46,635 bases of DNA. Source: an uncultured Gammaproteobacteria bacterium. GTDB lineage: Bacteria; Patescibacteriota; Microgenomatia; Levybacterales; UBA12049. The notes beneath the pieces were generated by a model that was not told the origin of the DNA, did not search any database, and saw only the letters and a program-made list of their open reading frames with translations. Positions 25,882 through 34,583 of this stretch are shown one piece after another. Position 1 is the first letter of the stretch; each line of letters starts with the position of its first letter. The stretch lies in contig CAYZEE010000002.1 in the NCBI GenBank assembly GCA_964477485.1, positions 1 to 46,635 on the forward strand. The letters run 5' to 3'. Position numbers and translations under genes: made by a program.

Positions 25882-26616
25882 ATGATAAAACTAGATAAGG
25901 TTTCCAAAAAATTTGGGACAGGTGTTTTGGCACTCTCGGATATAACATTTTCTATTGACAAAAAAGAATTCGTATTTCTGGTTGGTCCAACCGGAAGTGG
26001 AAAAACAACGATTTTTAAATTACTCATTCGAGAACTTCTTCCAACAACAGGTGCAGTTATCGTCAATGATTGGGACATAGTAAAGCTTCCCACTCATAAA
26101 ATACCGCATCTTAGAAAAAAAGTAGGAGTTGTATTTCAGGATTTAAAACTTCTATTTGATAGAACTATTTTTGAAAATGTATCTCTTCCTCTTGAAGTAG
26201 CAGGGCTTAAGCCTCCCGAGGTAAAAAAGAAAGTTGAGGAAATTCTTGTTAAAGTTGGAATGATAGATCATAAAGATAAATTTCCGGTACAGCTTTCAGG
26301 AGGAGAATTGCAAAGGGCAGCCATTGCAAGGGCTCTTGTTCTTTCTCCCGACATACTTCTTGCCGATGAGCCTACAGGTAATTTGGATATGGCAACTTCT
26401 TGGGAGATTGTTAATCTTCTTTCTGACATTAACGAAAAAGGAACTACGATTATTATGGCAACCCACAATGTTGATATTGTAAATAAACTCTCGAAAAGAG
26501 TTATAGGCCTTGAAAAAGGCAGGATTGTAAAAGACGATAAAAAAACATCCGGTCATTCCGCTTCGCAAGATGAGCAAAAAGATAAAAAAGAAGAAGAAAA
26601 AAACAAAGAAAAATAA
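25882..26616 (+). CDS. ftsE: cell-division ABC ATPase FtsE
   Basis: Walker A GPTGSGKTT, signature LSGGELQR, Walker B LLADEPTGNLD. ftsX is immediately downstream. There is a Lys/Glu-rich C-terminal tail. Confidence 0.9.
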   Translation: MIKLDKVSKKFGTGVLALSDITFSIDKKEFVFLVGPTGSGKTTIFKLLIRELLPTTGAVIVNDWDIVKLPTHKIPHLRKKVGVVFQDLKLLFDRTIFENVSLPLEVAGLKPPEVKKKVEEILVKVGMIDHKDKFPVQLSGGELQRAAIARALVLSPDILLADEPTGNLDMATSWEIVNLLSDINEKGTTIIMATHNVDIVNKLSKRVIGLEKGRIVKDDKKTSGHSASQDEQKDKKEEEKNKEK

Positions 26617-26618
26617 TT

Positions 26619-27485
26619 ATGAAATTTTTAAAAATAACTCTGAGAAATCTTAGACGCTCTCCGTACCAGACATTGGCTGCGGTTCTGATAATGACGCTTA
26701 CTTTTCTTGCAGTTTCATTTTTTGTTTTTCTTCTTACCGGTTCTTCCAAAATCATAAACTATTTTGAATCAAAGCCTCAGGTAACAGCATTTTTCCGAAA
26801 CGAAGCCTCGCAGCGTGATATAGATGCGCTTGAAGCTAAATTAAAACAAACCGGCAAAATTGCATCGATTAAGTTCGTTTCAAAACAAGAAGCCTTAAAA
26901 ATCTACAGAGAGCAAAATAAAAATGATCCATTGCTGCTTGATTTAGTTACAGCTGATATATTACCGGCATCTTTGGAGATATCAACAGTTAGTATAGGAG
27001 ATTTAGCCGGTATTTCTCAGATGCTCAAGCGTTCACCCGAAGTTTCGGAAGTTATTTATCAAAAAGATATTGTTTCAACTCTTGTATCCTGGACGACAGC
27101 TCTTAGAAGAGTAGGAGTGGGGCTTATTATTATTCTTTCCCTAGTCTCAATTTTTCTTGTAGTAACTATCATTGGAATTAAAATATCCCAAAAAAAAGAA
27201 GATATAGAAATAATGCGGCTTATTGGTGCTACAAATTGGTACATACGATGGCCATTCATATTCGAAGGGGCGTTTTATGGCACATTTGGAGCAATTATAG
27301 GATTTGCCATTGCTTCTTTATCTCTTTGGTACGCTACTCCATTCTTGTCAACTTTTCTTAAGGGAATACCTATTTTTCCAGTGTCTTTGATATTCATTTT
27401 AGGAATATTGGTAGCAGAATTGATACTTGCGATAATACTTGGCGCATTTTCAAGCTTTCTGGCCGTGCTCCGGTACTTTAAATGA
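26619..27485 (+). CDS. ftsX: cell-division permease-like protein FtsX
   Basis: One TM, an extracellular domain of about 100 aa, then three TM segments. RLIGATNWYIRWPFIFEG is an FtsX-type motif. Confidence 0.85.
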   Translation: MKFLKITLRNLRRSPYQTLAAVLIMTLTFLAVSFFVFLLTGSSKIINYFESKPQVTAFFRNEASQRDIDALEAKLKQTGKIASIKFVSKQEALKIYREQNKNDPLLLDLVTADILPASLEISTVSIGDLAGISQMLKRSPEVSEVIYQKDIVSTLVSWTTALRRVGVGLIIILSLVSIFLVVTIIGIKISQKKEDIEIMRLIGATNWYIRWPFIFEGAFYGTFGAIIGFAIASLSLWYATPFLSTFLKGIPIFPVSLIFILGILVAELILAIILGAFSSFLAVLRYFK

Positions 27486-27518
27486 AAGCTAGTAATTATT
27501 AGTTATTAATCATGAATT

Positions 27519-28835
27519 ATGATCTCAGTTTTGAGAAAATATATAAATATATTAAACTTCGTCATTTTTCTTTTGCTTTTTGTTTTGCTTTTTAATCGTT
27601 TTTCTTTTGCTCAAACTCCAATTCCAACTCCAACTCCTATTCCTGCCTCAAGCCCTACTCCAACTCCAACTCCTATTCCTGCCTCAAGCCCTACTCCAAC
27701 TCCTACTCCTGATAACTCACAGGCGGTACAAGATTTACAAAACCAAATTAATGATCTGCAGAATAAAATCTCTGATCTTCAAAATCAAGAAGAAACTTTG
27801 AATTCGCAAATAGCCGTTATGGACAGTCAAATAAAAATAACACAACTTAGAATTGAATCGACGAAGCAAGAGATCAATGATCTTACATTGGACATAGATA
27901 CCAGCAACGAAAAAATATCAACGCTTCAGAATTCTTTAGTTAAGCTTACGGGAGTTCTCGTAGATAGAATTGTTGCAACTTATGAAGTTGGGACAATTCA
28001 ACCTTTTCATGTTCTTTTAGCGTCCGATAACGTCTCTAATTTCTTCTCAAGGCTCAACTATCTTAGAATTGCCCAGGACCATGACAAAAGACTTATATAT
28101 GATACAGTTCAGGCAAAAAATGATTATGCGAATCAGAAAACAATTTTTGAAGACAAGAAAAAAACCGTAGAGGCTCTAAAAGCAAAACTTGAGGATTATA
28201 CCAATGAGTTAAATCAGGAAAAACAGGCAAAGCAGGATCTTCTTTCACAAACCCAGGGAAGCGAAGCAAATTATCAAAGATTATTATCACAAGCCAAGGC
28301 TCAATTAGCCAGTTTCTCAGCCTTCGTTACTGCTCAGGGAGGAGCTTCAATCTTGACTAATCAAACAGTTTGCGATGGGTGGGGATGTTATTATAATCAA
28401 CGAGATGGTCAATGGGGAAACATTTTGATTAACGGCCAAAGTGGCTATTCAGTGGCAGAATATGGATGCCTTATCACTTCAGTTTCAATGATCGCAAGTC
28501 ATATGGGGCACAAAGAGATACTTCCGTCTGATATCGCACTGAGTTCAGGCAGTAATTTCGCAGTAGATACCGCAATGTTGAGAGACTCTATAAATGTTAA
28601 AGGAGTTACGATTACTCGAGTTGGTACATCTCTTGATTCCGCCCTTCAAGATGGTCCGGTTGTCGTAGGCATTGCATACGGTAATGGAGGAACCCATTTT
28701 GTTGTTATAAAAAGTGGCTCAAATGGTAATTATATAATGGATGATCCTTTTATCCCAAACGGACATGATGTTTCTTTTACAGACCACTATTCTACAAGCA
28801 GTATATTTGAAGTTGATAAAGTAACTATACAGTAG
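27519..28835 (+). CDS. secreted coiled-coil protein with C-terminal C39-like cysteine peptidase domain (PcsB/EnvC-analogous putative cell-wall hydrolase)
   Basis: Signal peptide (...RFSFA-Q), a Pro/Thr linker, about 200 aa of heptad-like repeats (DLQNQINDLQNKISDLQNQ), then YYNQRD...YGCLITSVSMIASHMG...THFVVI (Cys/His). Confidence 0.65.
   Translation: MISVLRKYINILNFVIFLLLFVLLFNRFSFAQTPIPTPTPIPASSPTPTPTPIPASSPTPTPTPDNSQAVQDLQNQINDLQNKISDLQNQEETLNSQIAVMDSQIKITQLRIESTKQEINDLTLDIDTSNEKISTLQNSLVKLTGVLVDRIVATYEVGTIQPFHVLLASDNVSNFFSRLNYLRIAQDHDKRLIYDTVQAKNDYANQKTIFEDKKKTVEALKAKLEDYTNELNQEKQAKQDLLSQTQGSEANYQRLLSQAKAQLASFSAFVTAQGGASILTNQTVCDGWGCYYNQRDGQWGNILINGQSGYSVAEYGCLITSVSMIASHMGHKEILPSDIALSSGSNFAVDTAMLRDSINVKGVTITRVGTSLDSALQDGPVVVGIAYGNGGTHFVVIKSGSNGNYIMDDPFIPNGHDVSFTDHYSTSSIFEVDKVTIQ
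27624..27695 (+). repeat. perfect 36-bp tandem duplication in the Pro/Thr linker
   Basis: CCAACTCCAACTCCTATTCCTGCCTCAAGCCCTACT occurs at 27624-27659 and again at 27660-27695, followed by a partial third copy. Confidence 0.9.
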
Positions 28836-28850
28836 ATATCCATTTTGCGC

Positions 28851-29756
28851 ATGAAAAAGTTAAGGATACCTAGGAAAATCTTTTCACGTCCCCTTTTGTT
28901 AATTTTCATATTCTTGATGCCATTTATATTCGTAGCAAGAACTCTTTCGGCCACGAATCTTGTTATTAACGAATTTTTAGCACACCCAAGCTCCGGAAAC
29001 AATGAGTGGGTGGAGATCTATAATCCGGGAGAAAATGCGGTTGATCTTAAGGGATGGAAATTGATTGATAAAAGCGGTTCTGAAAAAAGCTTGGATAGTT
29101 TAATTTCTGTTCCCAAAGGCGGTTTTGTAGTTTATGAATATCCAGGTGGGGATGGTTGGTTGAACAACACAGTCAGTGAGACAAAACCCGAATCTGTAAC
29201 TTTAAAAGATTCCGCTGGGAATGTTATTGATAGTTATATTTATAAACTTAATCAGAAGGAAAATGTAACAACTGGAAGAAGCCCGGACGGGTCAAATAAT
29301 TGGGCTATTTTGTCTAGCGCAACAAAAGGAAGCGTCAATGCTTTTCCTGTTCCGACTGATACTCCTGTTCCAACTTCGACTCCAAAACCCACGTCAACCC
29401 CAAAGCCGACGTCTACACCTAAACTTTCGAAATCTTTTCCTTCCCCAATTCAAACTTCTGTTTACACTTCAATTCCGGATAGTCCATCGATTCAAAAGCT
29501 GGCCGGAGAAAGCGGCAAAGCATTGGTCTTGTCCGAGAATATGCCAACTTCAGTTCTTGGAGAAAGTACGCAAGCTGCAAGAAAAGCTACGTCTTCTGCC
29601 AAAAAAGATGCCAAATCAGGAGGAACTAAAGTTCTGGGGGCCAGGCAGAGCAATATCGCAAAAATTCTTATCGGTTTTGGGATTATTTTCATTATCCTTT
29701 GTGGTATACTTATTTTCCGTTCAAGAAAAAATAGCAAGAACAGTGAGCAAATTTAA
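28851..29756 (+). CDS. lamin-tail-domain (LTD) surface protein with C-terminal membrane anchor
   Basis: Signal peptide, LVINEFLAHPSSGNNEWVEIYNPGENAVDLKGWKL (LTD signature), a TSTPKP x3 linker and a C-terminal TM helix. The ATG at 28851 is preferred to the TTG at 28845. Confidence 0.7.
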   Translation: MKKLRIPRKIFSRPLLLIFIFLMPFIFVARTLSATNLVINEFLAHPSSGNNEWVEIYNPGENAVDLKGWKLIDKSGSEKSLDSLISVPKGGFVVYEYPGGDGWLNNTVSETKPESVTLKDSAGNVIDSYIYKLNQKENVTTGRSPDGSNNWAILSSATKGSVNAFPVPTDTPVPTSTPKPTSTPKPTSTPKLSKSFPSPIQTSVYTSIPDSPSIQKLAGESGKALVLSENMPTSVLGESTQAARKATSSAKKDAKSGGTKVLGARQSNIAKILIGFGIIFIILCGILIFRSRKNSKNSEQI

Positions 29757-30201
29757 TCTTTCAGTTATTGCAAAAAGCAAGGAGGAGACTCAGAGACTAG
29801 GAGAGGAAGTTGGTAAAAAGATAAAAAAAGGAGGAGTAATTGCTCTCTACGGAGATTTGGGCAACGGCAAGACCACTTTTGTACAGGGTTTGGCAAAAGG
29901 GCTGGGGATAAAAAAGAGAATCATATCTCCGACATTTATTATTGCAAGGTCCTATAAAATCAAAAATCAAAAATTAAAATTTTTATATCACATCGACCTT
30001 TATCGAATTAAAGATGTCAACGATATTGAGGGATTAGGGCTTGACGAAATAATTAGAAATAAACACAATATTATTGTAATTGAATGGGCGGAGAAGATGA
30101 AAGAATTATTGCCTGATAAAAGGTGGGATATAAAATTCGAGTTTTTAAATGAGGATAAAAGAAAAATAACCATAAATAAAAATTTCAAATTTGAAATTTA
30201 A
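29743..30201 (+). CDS. tsaE: tRNA threonylcarbamoyladenosine biosynthesis ATPase TsaE
   Basis: P-loop GDLGNGKTTFVQGLAKGLGI, SPTF and the HIDLYR motif. There is no in-frame ATG after the LTD gene. GTG 29743 is the likely start and gives a 14-nt overlap. Confidence 0.8.
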   Translation: MSKFNLSVIAKSKEETQRLGEEVGKKIKKGGVIALYGDLGNGKTTFVQGLAKGLGIKKRIISPTFIIARSYKIKNQKLKFLYHIDLYRIKDVNDIEGLGLDEIIRNKHNIIVIEWAEKMKELLPDKRWDIKFEFLNEDKRKITINKNFKFEI

Positions 30202-30206
30202 AATTT

Positions 30207-30788
30207 ATGAGTGAAGATATTCAAAAGGCAATAGAAGTTTTAAAAAAGGGTGGGATAGTCATTTTCCCAACGGATACCACTTTCGTTATTGGTTGCAGAA
30301 TGGATAACCCTCAAATAGTAAAGAGGCTGTTCGAAATTAGGAGACGGCCAATGAGTCAACCTGTTTCAGTGCTTATTGATTCTGTTGAAATGGCACAAAA
30401 ATACATTAAAAAAATCCCGGAAGATGTTAGAAAATTGATGAAGAAATATTGGCCAGGAGGACTTACGATAGTATTATCTTGTAACAAAGAAAAAGTACCT
30501 CCATTGGTTCGAAGTAACGGAGATACCCTGGGAGTTAGGATGCCCGATCATCCAGCAATTCTTAAGCTTATTAAAGACGTTGGGGTTCCGCTTCTTGGTC
30601 CTTCTGCAAATTTTCATAAAGATCAAACTCCGTATAGATTTGAAGACTTAAGTCCAAATCTAATAAAGCTAGTTGATTATGTTTTGCCAGGCACAACGAG
30701 CTCAATAGAAAAGCCTTCAACGGTAATTGATTGTTCAAAAAAACCATGGAAGATCTTAAGAGAAGGGGCAGTCAAACTGGATTTATGA
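30207..30788 (+). CDS. tsaC: L-threonylcarbamoyladenylate synthase (YrdC/TsaC type)
   Basis: GGIVIFPTDTTFVIGC, LGVRMPDH and GPSANF are YrdC-domain motifs. There is no Sua5 C-terminal domain. Confidence 0.85.
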   Translation: MSEDIQKAIEVLKKGGIVIFPTDTTFVIGCRMDNPQIVKRLFEIRRRPMSQPVSVLIDSVEMAQKYIKKIPEDVRKLMKKYWPGGLTIVLSCNKEKVPPLVRSNGDTLGVRMPDHPAILKLIKDVGVPLLGPSANFHKDQTPYRFEDLSPNLIKLVDYVLPGTTSSIEKPSTVIDCSKKPWKILREGAVKLDL

Positions 30789-30798
30789 ATTAAGAATT

Positions 30799-31113
30799 AT
30801 GAATGTATTATTTATTGACACTTCCAGTAATAAAGAAATAAAAGTCGGATTAAGACTTAATGGAAAAGAGCATGTACTAAAACAAAAAGTCGGTTTAAAA
30901 AGAGCGCAGGTTGTTCTGCCGATGATAGACAGTTTGTTAAAAAAATATTCCATTGATTTAAAAGAAATTGATGGAATTTTGGTAAATACCGGACCCGGTT
31001 CCTTTACTGGACTCAGGGTCGGGATTTCCATAGCCAATGCTTTGGGTTTTTTTCTAAAGATTCCGATTAATAATAGAAAGGTCGGAGATTTGGTAGAGCC
31101 TGCGTATAAATGA
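30799..31113 (+). CDS. tsaB: TsaB-like protein, N-terminal domain only (104 aa)
   Basis: MNVLFIDTSS...ILVNTGPGSFTGLRVGISIANALGF matches the TsaB N-terminal half. A stop at 31111-31113 is followed by an unrelated gene. Confidence 0.7.
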   Translation: MNVLFIDTSSNKEIKVGLRLNGKEHVLKQKVGLKRAQVVLPMIDSLLKKYSIDLKEIDGILVNTGPGSFTGLRVGISIANALGFFLKIPINNRKVGDLVEPAYK

Positions 31114-31128
31114 TATACTAATAGACAA

Positions 31129-32025
31129 ATGAAAGATATCTTACGCCATCTTTTTATTCCTCATGAATCAAATAACTACAAAGCAAAGCTCCTGCATCAC
31201 GACACTCTCCTAGCTTTTATAGTTATTCTGATTCTCGGTGCATTTGCACTTAATATAATTCAAATTAATTTTCCTTCTGTTCTTGGCGTCTCAGCCGACA
31301 TGACTTCACAGCAACTGCTTACGCTTCTTAATCAGGAAAGAAAACAGAACGGACTTGCCTCTTTATCTCTCTCTCCGCAGCTTACGTCAGCCGCGCAAAA
31401 TAAAGCAAATGACATGATAGCTAAAGATTATTGGGCGCACAACTCTACTGATGGAGAAACACCCTGGGATTTTATCAAAGCTGCGGGGTACAACTATTTT
31501 TACGCGGGAGAGAATTTAGCCCGGGGTTATAATACAAGTCCGGATGTTACAAATGCCTGGATGGCAAGCCCTGATCACAGAGCGAACATGCTTTCACCTA
31601 ACTATACGGATGTAGGTTTTGCTGTAGTGACTGGCAAATTAACCGGGGAAGAAACTGTTTTGGTGGTGGAGGAGCTTGGAAGCAGAACCTTAGCAGCTGC
31701 TCCATATCAACTTCCAAATAAGAAGATTGTGTCAGCAAGCGGGGCCAAGACAAAAGAAATAGCTGTTAATGTTCAAGGCATAAAATCATCATCGAAGTCT
31801 TTCCCTGCCGCTATTAAAAAGTCTCCACTCATAGATAGTTTATCATTAACATTTCGTACGGATACATTAATAATAGTTTTATTTATCTTCGTTTTATTAT
31901 TAGATATGATTGTGATAGAAAGAAGGAAAATTGCTCGTTTTGTTGAGCATAACCCAGATCATGTGTTTTATCTGGCCTCAGTACTTCTTATAATAATTAT
32001 TTTGAGTTCCGGGGAGGTTCTATGA
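31129..32025 (+). CDS. CAP/SCP (YkwD-like) domain protein with N- and C-terminal TM helices
   Basis: YWAHNS...GENLARGY...WMASPDHRANMLSPNYTDVGFAV. Confidence 0.75.
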   Translation: MKDILRHLFIPHESNNYKAKLLHHDTLLAFIVILILGAFALNIIQINFPSVLGVSADMTSQQLLTLLNQERKQNGLASLSLSPQLTSAAQNKANDMIAKDYWAHNSTDGETPWDFIKAAGYNYFYAGENLARGYNTSPDVTNAWMASPDHRANMLSPNYTDVGFAVVTGKLTGEETVLVVEELGSRTLAAAPYQLPNKKIVSASGAKTKEIAVNVQGIKSSSKSFPAAIKKSPLIDSLSLTFRTDTLIIVLFIFVLLLDMIVIERRKIARFVEHNPDHVFYLASVLLIIIILSSGEVL

Positions 32026-32297
32026 TGCTGTCGCGAGGAAATAAACATATAGAATATTATTTATCTCTTATTACGATTCTTATTTTAGGAGCGTTTCTTG
32101 TAGTTGCTGTTTCTCCCAACAAAAATTTACAAATGTTTATTGTTTTTTTGACTACGCTTTTTTACGTATTCTTTGGCATATTCCATCATTTGATAAATCA
32201 TGATTTGAATAACAAGATTGTGATAGAATATGTTATTATCGGTGCTTTTGGATTGAGTATTGTTTTTTTCCTTTTAAAAGGAGGGTTTGGTTTATGA
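32022..32297 (+). CDS. small integral membrane protein (3 predicted TM)
   Basis: 91-aa hydrophobic ORF with GGGGAGG SD-like sequence upstream and ATGA overlaps on both sides. Confidence 0.5.
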   Translation: MMLSRGNKHIEYYLSLITILILGAFLVVAVSPNKNLQMFIVFLTTLFYVFFGIFHHLINHDLNNKIVIEYVIIGAFGLSIVFFLLKGGFGL

Positions 32298-33031
32298 AGG
32301 GAGTTGTTCTGGCAGGCGGACTTGCTACAAGACTTAGGCCATTGACACAGGTTACCAATAAACATTTATTGCCAATTTACAACAAGCCGATGATTTATTA
32401 TCCACTTGAGGCGATAGCTAAAGCAGATATAAAAGAAGTTCTGCTTATAAGTTCCCCTGATCATGCAGGACATTTTACAAATTTACTGGGATCGGGAGAG
32501 GGATTTGGAATTAGAATTTATTACGGAGTGCAGAAAAACGCTAAGGGCGGTATTGCCGATGGTATTTCTTATGCTCAAGAGTTTGCCCAGAAAGAAAAGA
32601 TACTTGTAATATTAGGAGATAACATTTTCAATACGGATTTAAGAACTACAATTGACAAATTTAACGAGAGAGAAAGAGGCGCTGTAGTCTATGGCGTCAG
32701 AATGCCTACTAAGTCTAGAGAGTACGGAGTTATAGAGGTTGATGATGATAGAAATGTATTATCAATCGAAGAAAAACCAGAGCATCCAAAATCAGATATA
32801 GCTCAAACCGGAATTTATATGTATGATGAAAGAGTTTTTGATTTTATAAAAAAACTTAAGCCTTCAGCCAGAGGAGAGCTTGAAGTGACAGATCTTAATA
32901 ATATATATCTTGAGGAAGGGACTCTTCAATGCGAGCTTCTTACTTGGTGGATTGATGCCGGCACATCTTACGATGAACTTTTACGAGCCAATAATTTAGT
33001 TGCGCAAGAAGTAAAAAATGGAAACCTTTGA
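32294..33031 (+). CDS. sugar-1-phosphate nucleotidylyltransferase, short RmlA-like (glucose-1-phosphate thymidylyltransferase)
   Basis: MKGVVLAGGLATRLRPLT..NKHLLPIYNKPMIYYPL, plus an AAAGGAGGG SD. Confidence 0.75.
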   Translation: MKGVVLAGGLATRLRPLTQVTNKHLLPIYNKPMIYYPLEAIAKADIKEVLLISSPDHAGHFTNLLGSGEGFGIRIYYGVQKNAKGGIADGISYAQEFAQKEKILVILGDNIFNTDLRTTIDKFNERERGAVVYGVRMPTKSREYGVIEVDDDRNVLSIEEKPEHPKSDIAQTGIYMYDERVFDFIKKLKPSARGELEVTDLNNIYLEEGTLQCELLTWWIDAGTSYDELLRANNLVAQEVKNGNL

Positions 33032-33573
33032 TGAATGAAGGAAAAGTTATTTCTCAAAAGAAAGTCTATAAAGCAAAACTCTTTGAGGTTCGGGAAGAAG
33101 AATTAATATTGCCAAATGGAAAAAAACGGCTATATAGTATCGTTGAAAGACAACCAGTTGTTGTAATATTTCCTTTAGATCACAGCCTTAAGCTTTACCT
33201 TATTTCTCAATACAGATACTTATTCAAAAAGAAGATCCTTGAGGCAGTGGCAGGACATATGGATAAAAATGAAATACCTCTTGAAGCAGCAAAAAGGGAG
33301 CTTAAGGAAGAAACAGGAATAACTGCCTTTCAATGGGAGGAGATTGCAAGAGTTGAATCATCTGCAAGCGTAATAAGATCTAAATTACATCTTTTTATTG
33401 CTCGAGATTTAGAAAAAGGCCAAGCTTCTCCTTCAGAAAGCGAGCAAATTGAGCTGGTTAAGTTGTCTATTAATGATGCCGTAAAAAAAGTTCTGATCGG
33501 CGAGATAAATAATGCTTCCACTATGATTGGAATTCTTTTACTTGATAAGATGCGAAAGGAAAAAACTCTATGA
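33028..33573 (+). CDS. NUDIX hydrolase (ADP-ribose / nucleotide-sugar pyrophosphatase-like)
   Basis: Nudix box GHMDKNEIPLEAAKRELKEETGI with NudF-like N-terminal strands. Confidence 0.75.
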   Translation: MMNEGKVISQKKVYKAKLFEVREEELILPNGKKRLYSIVERQPVVVIFPLDHSLKLYLISQYRYLFKKKILEAVAGHMDKNEIPLEAAKRELKEETGITAFQWEEIARVESSASVIRSKLHLFIARDLEKGQASPSESEQIELVKLSINDAVKKVLIGEINNASTMIGILLLDKMRKEKTL

Positions 33574-34583
33574 AGATATTAGTTACAGGCGGTGCTGGAT
33601 TCATCGGTTCAAATTTTATTATTTACTGGTTGAAGAATTACCCAAATGACAAAATTGTTAATCTTGATAAATTGACTTATGCAGGTAATTTAGAAAATTT
33701 GGAAAAAGTTATTAAAAACCCAAATTATTCGTACCTGCACGGTGATATATGTGATGCAAAATTAGTTGAGAAGGCGATGGATGGAATAGACATTGTTGTT
33801 CACTTTGCGGCTGAAAGTCATGTTGACAGGTCGATAATACATGCAGCTCCTTTTGTTATGACCAATGTGGTTGGAACTCAGATTTTGCTTGAACAGGCTT
33901 TAAGAAATAATATAAAAAGATTCCATCATATTTCAACTGATGAGGTTTATGGAAGCCTAGATCTTGATAGTTTGAATAAATTTAATGAACGAACAAATTA
34001 TAATCCCAGAAGTCCTTATTCGGCAAGTAAAGCTGGCTCAAACCATTTAGTAAAAGCTTATTTTACAACCTACAATCTACCAATAACTATTTCCAATTGT
34101 TCTAACAACTTCGGTCCTTATCAGTTTCCGGAGAAACTGATTCCTTTAGCAATTACTAATATCCTAGAAGGAAAAAAAGTGCCAATTTACGGAGATGGAC
34201 TTTATGTCAGAGATTGGCTTCATGTAGAGGATCATTGCCGTGCTATTGATTCTATTTTAAAAAAAGGCAAAATAGGAGAGACTTATTGTGTTGGCGGATT
34301 AACCGAAGATATTAATAATCTAACTGTAATTAAAAAAATTATAAAAATTATGAAAGCAGATGAAAAATTAATAGAATTTGTTAAGGACCGGCTAGGGCAC
34401 GACAGAAAATATGCAATAGATTGGACAAAGATAAAAAATGAACTAGGATGGAAACCTCTTTATGATTTCGATGAGTATATTTCAAAAACAGTAGAATGGT
34501 ACGTAAATAATCAAAATTGGTGGAAAAGAGTAAAGAGCGGTGAGTATCAAAATTTTTACAAAATACAATACGGTAAAGAATGA
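33570..34583 (+). CDS. rmlB: dTDP-glucose 4,6-dehydratase
   Basis: MKILVTGGAGFIGSNF, HFAAESHVDRS, STDEVYG and YSASKA. Confidence 0.92.
   Translation: MKILVTGGAGFIGSNFIIYWLKNYPNDKIVNLDKLTYAGNLENLEKVIKNPNYSYLHGDICDAKLVEKAMDGIDIVVHFAAESHVDRSIIHAAPFVMTNVVGTQILLEQALRNNIKRFHHISTDEVYGSLDLDSLNKFNERTNYNPRSPYSASKAGSNHLVKAYFTTYNLPITISNCSNNFGPYQFPEKLIPLAITNILEGKKVPIYGDGLYVRDWLHVEDHCRAIDSILKKGKIGETYCVGGLTEDINNLTVIKKIIKIMKADEKLIEFVKDRLGHDRKYAIDWTKIKNELGWKPLYDFDEYISKTVEWYVNNQNWWKRVKSGEYQNFYKIQYGKE

Noticed and set aside
29338-29742. A 135-codon N-terminal extension of the tsaE ORF in the track (287 aa).
   Set aside because: The extension overlaps the 3' third of the LTD gene in another frame. It translates the Pro/Thr/Lys repeat DNA into low-complexity sequence. 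TsaE homology begins only near 29743.
30180-30199. A perfect 20-nt palindrome, AAATTTCAAATTTGAAATTT, at the 3' end of tsaE.
   Set aside because: It consists almost entirely of A and T (one G-C pair per arm) and lies in coding sequence. Similar AAATTT-type low-complexity runs occur elsewhere (for example 6820-6860). It is probably compositional.
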